A stretch of 64,000 nucleotides of DNA from Microbotryum violaceum (taxonomy: Eukaryota): assembly GCA_001244265.2 (NCBI GenBank), contig CDLV01000006.1, forward strand, positions 1,302,001-1,366,000, in the 5' to 3' direction. The notes under the pieces are model-generated. The model did no database searches, was not told the origin of the DNA, and saw nothing but the letters and a program-made list of their open reading frames with translations. The translations under genes and the position numbers were made by a program. Shown piece by piece: positions 60,123 through 64,000 of the stretch. Every line of letters begins with the position of its first letter. The first letter of the stretch is position 1.

Positions 60123-61468
60123 ATGACACGAACATTGTCGACCACGGCAAGACGTACAACAAGGATGGACAAGTCGAACGAACCACCGCATGAATGACGT
60201 CCACGTGTGTACAGAAAGCTGAAATTTTCGCGGTCTGCGTCTGCACCGCCACAGTTGAGGGAATTTGCTGACGTGTTCTTTTTCAACCGCCCCGCCGTCC
60301 TTCACCATCGGCCCACTGCGGCTACCTGTCTTCTTGTTTCTTCCAGCCAGAAAATACGTTGAAAAGACAAGGGTTCTATGAGCCTGCGCGAGTATACTAT
60401 ACTTGGGTTTACGTGAGTACCGGCGGCTCAACGATCGGGGCGCGACGCCATCTCGTCGATCTGACTCCTCAGTGCTCACCATCTGTGTGATGTCCTTCGA
60501 CCAGTCGGTTGTACGGGATGCACTAGTAAAGTCAGGAATCACCAAACCTGACCCCATCAACCTTTATGGTCGGCATGTGGACTCCAGACTACGACACGCA
60601 TAAGGAGTTCAACCTCAAGGACGCGTTCAGGCTCATTCAAGCCAAAACGCAAAGCAACACTACTGTGTGGGGACGTCTTGGACCTGCAAAACAACAAGAT
60701 ATCGTCAAATATGTGGGTTGCGCGGAACCTGCCAGTCTTGTACGGAACGTGCGCTTGCTCGGGCACTCACTCGTCATCCTCTTTCAGATTCGTGAGCGCA
60801 CGGCTTTCTTAAGGGTCACATCGGGCGACTGGCTCTATGAAGAACTTGTTATTGATGCGTTGGCGAATGTCCTGAGCCGCGTTTAGACTGCAGTACGACC
60901 GTGAGGCCTGTCGGTTGGCGGGAATCATGGGACGGCTTTCCAGGGCGGACATCACAAGATTGCGCAACGAGCTAGGCGTAGGATCTGCTCTAAAGGTTAG
61001 TCACTACTCTCGATTGAACAAGAGGCCCGGGTCAGTTAAAATCGACGAAGGAGGCGAACACTAAACAATCTTCTCGCATTAGCCAGAAGACCATCACCAG
61101 GCGGGTCCGCCACAAGATTGCGCAACGAGCTAGGCGTAGGATCGCTCTGAAGGTTAGTCACTAATCTCGATTGAACAAGAGCCCCGGGTCAGTTAAAATC
61201 GACGAAGGAGGCAAACGCTAAACAATCTTCTCGCATTAGCCAGAACACCATCACCAGGCGGGTCCGCCGCAGAGAAGAAAGCGAGGAAGAGCAGTCTCGG
61301 GTAGAGGAAGAGGAGGAAGAATAATTAGAGCCGACTAAAGGGTATAAGAAACGGGCAAGAGGAGCGGCAGCCGGAGCTTCGGGCGGTTTAGATCTTGATC
61401 AATCTGACCATCCAGACAAATGGGAAGAGCCTGTGACGGACGTGGACACTCAGTTTGCTGCTTTGTAG
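60123..61468 (+). pseudogene. Degenerate second gene of the CACTA element, divergent from the transposase
   Basis: Intron-containing fragments (WGRLGPAKQQDIVK, IRERTAFLRVTSGDWLYEELVIDALAN, acidic/basic tail) with stops and frameshifts. Confidence 0.5.
60953..61267. repeat. Tandem duplication, 2 x ~158 bp
   Basis: cacaagattgcgcaacgagctaggcgtaggatc...ccatcaccaggcgggtccgc starting at 60953 and 61111. Confidence 0.92.
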
Positions 61469-61515
61469 TGTACCTATATCATAATACAGTAGAAAACCCT
61501 GCATTGAAAAACTAC

Positions 61516-61625
61516 AATTCGAATATGAGCATTAGTAAATTTGAATATGAGCATTAGTAAGTTCGAATACAAGTATTAGTAAATTCGAATATGAGCACCA
61601 GTAAATTCGAATATAGATATTAGTA
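61516..61625. repeat. AT-rich 22-bp minisatellite, about 5 copies
   Basis: Consensus AATTCGAATATGAGCATTAGTA. Confidence 0.9.
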
Positions 61626-62924
61626 TTACGAAGGTGACACCCATTACAAAAAACCTAATGCTAATTGCGCTCGGTCGTGCTCCGCACAAGAGCCCCTATT
61701 GAGACTTTTCGGGTGGAAATACCAGCTGAGAAGGTTAATACCCAACCGACAGACATACCAGCGGCTTGGGTAATACCCCTCGTGAAGTGGTAATACCCGC
61801 GCAGCTGGAAATACCAGTGGGTCGGGTATTACCACCTCAAGAGGGTATTACCCAAGCCCCTGGTATTTCCAGCCGCGCGCCTGGAATTACCAGGCCAAAA
61901 AGGCCCTCAGTGTTAAACTTGAATCGATTTACAAGTGGGGGTGGGGGCCTGCAAGAGTCAAGAGCGAAAACGTTGGCGTGCTTCAAGCTGAAAGAAGCAA
62001 GGGGAGGTGGGCCCTACCCCATCAAACGGGTTCAGAAGATCGAAAATGTTGTAGATGTTGACTTTTGATCAATGATCCCTTGTGTTGATGACTCGAGTAC
62101 CACGTCATACCCAGCTGGCAACAGCTAGTAGTAGTAGTACTAGTAGCGGTATGCTTTTCAAGGAGAACCCGGGAGACCACCCGAGGTCTGGGAGACCTCT
62201 CCAAACTCTGGGAAACCTCACACTGGCGACAAAAAATCCACTGGCTTTCCCATGGGTCGCTGCCGTCACTGCGTTTGCGCCTCAAGAGATCAAGGCCCGC
62301 CGAGGCCGTCACGACTCGGAGCCGAGCGTTGACGCGTTGACGACGTAGACAGCTTTCCGCTCCCTCAACTCGGAACAGCGCGCCAGCTGAAGAACCACCT
62401 CACGACGAACATCTCTTACGCTCCTTACACTAGGTACCCAGCTCGTACCCAACGTCACCTCCGAACGAGGCGATTGGAGCTTTTCGTTGTGGGTGGGGGG
62501 AAGGGGGTTTCTGCGATCGTCCCACCTCGCTGCCCCGATTCCGGGGAAAGCCCACAAAACCCCACCCCCTCTCCAAACTCTCTTCACCTCGTCGGCACCG
62601 AGCTAGCCAACAACGTCGCACCCACCTCGTCCGCGCGCCCAACTCGTCCTCGTCACAGCGATTATGTTTGGCCTATTCCTCTCGTAGTAGTAGGTGTAGC
62701 ACCTGGTCAGTCACAGTCACCTCCGTGGGTACCTGTGTCGCACGCATGTACCAGCGGAGTGATCGTCGCGGCTGAGGCGCTAAGGCGCTGAGCGCTGAGC
62801 GCTGAGTTGAGCGCTGAGCACTACGTCGCACGGGTCATCACAGCGCCGCCCCAACTGAATCTCGACCCATTCACCCCTCAGATCCGAGCAGCAGCATCAC
62901 CAAAGAACAGCCTACTGCCCCACC

Positions 62925-64000
62925 ATGAGCTCTCCGTCAACGCCGATGTCGGCCTCGCCCTCGCCCTCAACGAGCGCGCTTATCGAGCATGCGAAACCCC
63001 CATCTGGCAGCAGCCACGAGCGGAGCAACTCGAGCGTCTCGCCCTCCAAACGAATCCCACTCAAGCGCCAACAGCAAGCGCAGCAGCAGCGACTGCAAAA
63101 ACTGGGCCAACGACCCAAAGAAGCGGTGCGGCACGATATCGAGTTGCTCAGCGACTCTTCGTCCGACGACGAGCAACCCGACGAACCGCTGTTGCAATGG
63201 AAGAGGAGGGCCAGTCAAAACAACGCCGCTTCGACGACCGCAAAGCCTTCGTCGGCTCGAGCGGGTCCGACTCAAGCCTCAAAGGCACCGGCATCCCACA
63301 ACCCACCTGGAAGGCCAACCAAGAAGAATGCGCGGTCGTCGGACAGTAGTGCCGAGTCCGACGAATCGACCGAGACCTCGGGGTCGAATTCGTCGTCTTC
63401 TTCCGCGACGCCCATGATGGAGCGCAAAAGGAGGCTTTCGAAGGAGACGCTCAAGACCAAGAAGAGGAAGACCTTGGGTTCAGGAAAGCGAGCAGATGCA
63501 GAGGATTCGGACATCCCAGCGAGCAAGGCAGCCAACGCCGGCGTCGCCTCAACTGTGCAAAAGAACGCCAGCACACCCAAGCTACAATGGCAAGTGTCGA
63601 GGAACCAGGGGCACGATCCTGTGGGCGGCTCTCACATCGCGGGAAAGGGCAACGGTAAGCGGAAAAGTACCGGGAAAGGGGACGAGGATGAAGTCGACGA
63701 GGCCTTATCGTGCGAGCTTTCCTCGGTGACCCACGAAGGCAATACGACCAAGGAGAAGGCAAGGGCTCCCGTCACCCAGCAGCGGGTACCAGATGACGAA
63801 CCCTCGTCGACCAAATCAGCCGCGACAGCTAGGATGCACCCGGCTCGGTTGAAGAGCAAGAAATCGGACGAGAGGCTGTGTCAAGATGATTCGGAGCGGA
63901 GATTCAAGAAGAAAAAGGACTCCGAGGGTGAGGGAGTCGATCAATCGGCAATCACAGCTGGGCCTACCCCGACCACGATGAGCGCAAAGCATCAAAAGTA
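62925..64000 (+). CDS. 5' part of a low-complexity Ser/Lys-rich protein, open to the window end
   Basis: CACC-ATG at 62925; the frame MSSPSTPMSASP...IELLSDSSSDDE...MSAKHQK has no stop to 64000 and is absent from the ORF track. Confidence 0.7.
   Translation, partial: MSSPSTPMSASPSPSTSALIEHAKPPSGSSHERSNSSVSPSKRIPLKRQQQAQQQRLQKLGQRPKEAVRHDIELLSDSSSDDEQPDEPLLQWKRRASQNNAASTTAKPSSARAGPTQASKAPASHNPPGRPTKKNARSSDSSAESDESTETSGSNSSSSSATPMMERKRRLSKETLKTKKRKTLGSGKRADAEDSDIPASKAANAGVASTVQKNASTPKLQWQVSRNQGHDPVGGSHIAGKGNGKRKSTGKGDEDEVDEALSCELSSVTHEGNTTKEKARAPVTQQRVPDDEPSSTKSAATARMHPARLKSKKSDERLCQDDSERRFKKKKDSEGEGVDQSAITAGPTPTTMSAKHQK

Larger units (their letters stand above)
58531..61912. mobile_element. 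CACTA/CMC (CACTG-type) DNA transposon, internally deleted, both ends intact
   Basis: TIR CACTGAGGGCC (58531-58541) / GGCCCTCAGTG (61902-61912); 3-bp TSD TTA at 58528-58530 and 61913-61915; GGTAWTACC-like subterminal arrays at both ends. Confidence 0.93.

Noticed and set aside
61516..61625. CRISPR-like array
   Set aside because: The repeats are contiguous without unique spacers and the context is eukaryotic; it is a minisatellite

Overview
Eukaryotic, intron-rich fungal DNA. Short GT-AG introns with CTRAC branch points and the protein sequences point to a basidiomycete; Microbotryomycetes (e.g. Microbotryum) is my inference and is not verified. I reconstructed about 19 host genes by hand-splicing: an OPT oligopeptide transporter (3' part), a PTC7-type PP2C phosphatase, a single-barrel MetE-like methionine synthase, a SIS/KdsD-like isomerase, thiamine pyrophosphokinase, an MPR1-type GNAT, a possible POM34-like protein, a small membrane protein, a SurE-like phosphatase, TAF11, a phosducin-like/TXNDC9 protein, YTA7/ATAD2, a RING-SNF2 helicase and several hypothetical genes. 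Three transposon-derived blocks are interspersed: (1) a 1.7-kb TIR element with periodic subterminal repeats (10.0-11.7 kb); (2) a truncated Helitron with an intact hairpin-CTGG 3' end, opposed by a second Helitron-like 3' end (23.3-26.0 kb); (3) a fully bounded CACTG element with TTA target-site duplication and a deleted transposase (58.5-61.9 kb). I found no RNA genes or CRISPR arrays, and no convincing novel multi-gene system. The most notable observations are the transposon architectures, a start codon apparently built by splicing, micro-exons, GC-AG introns and a decayed SNF2 fragment. All exon boundaries are manual predictions.
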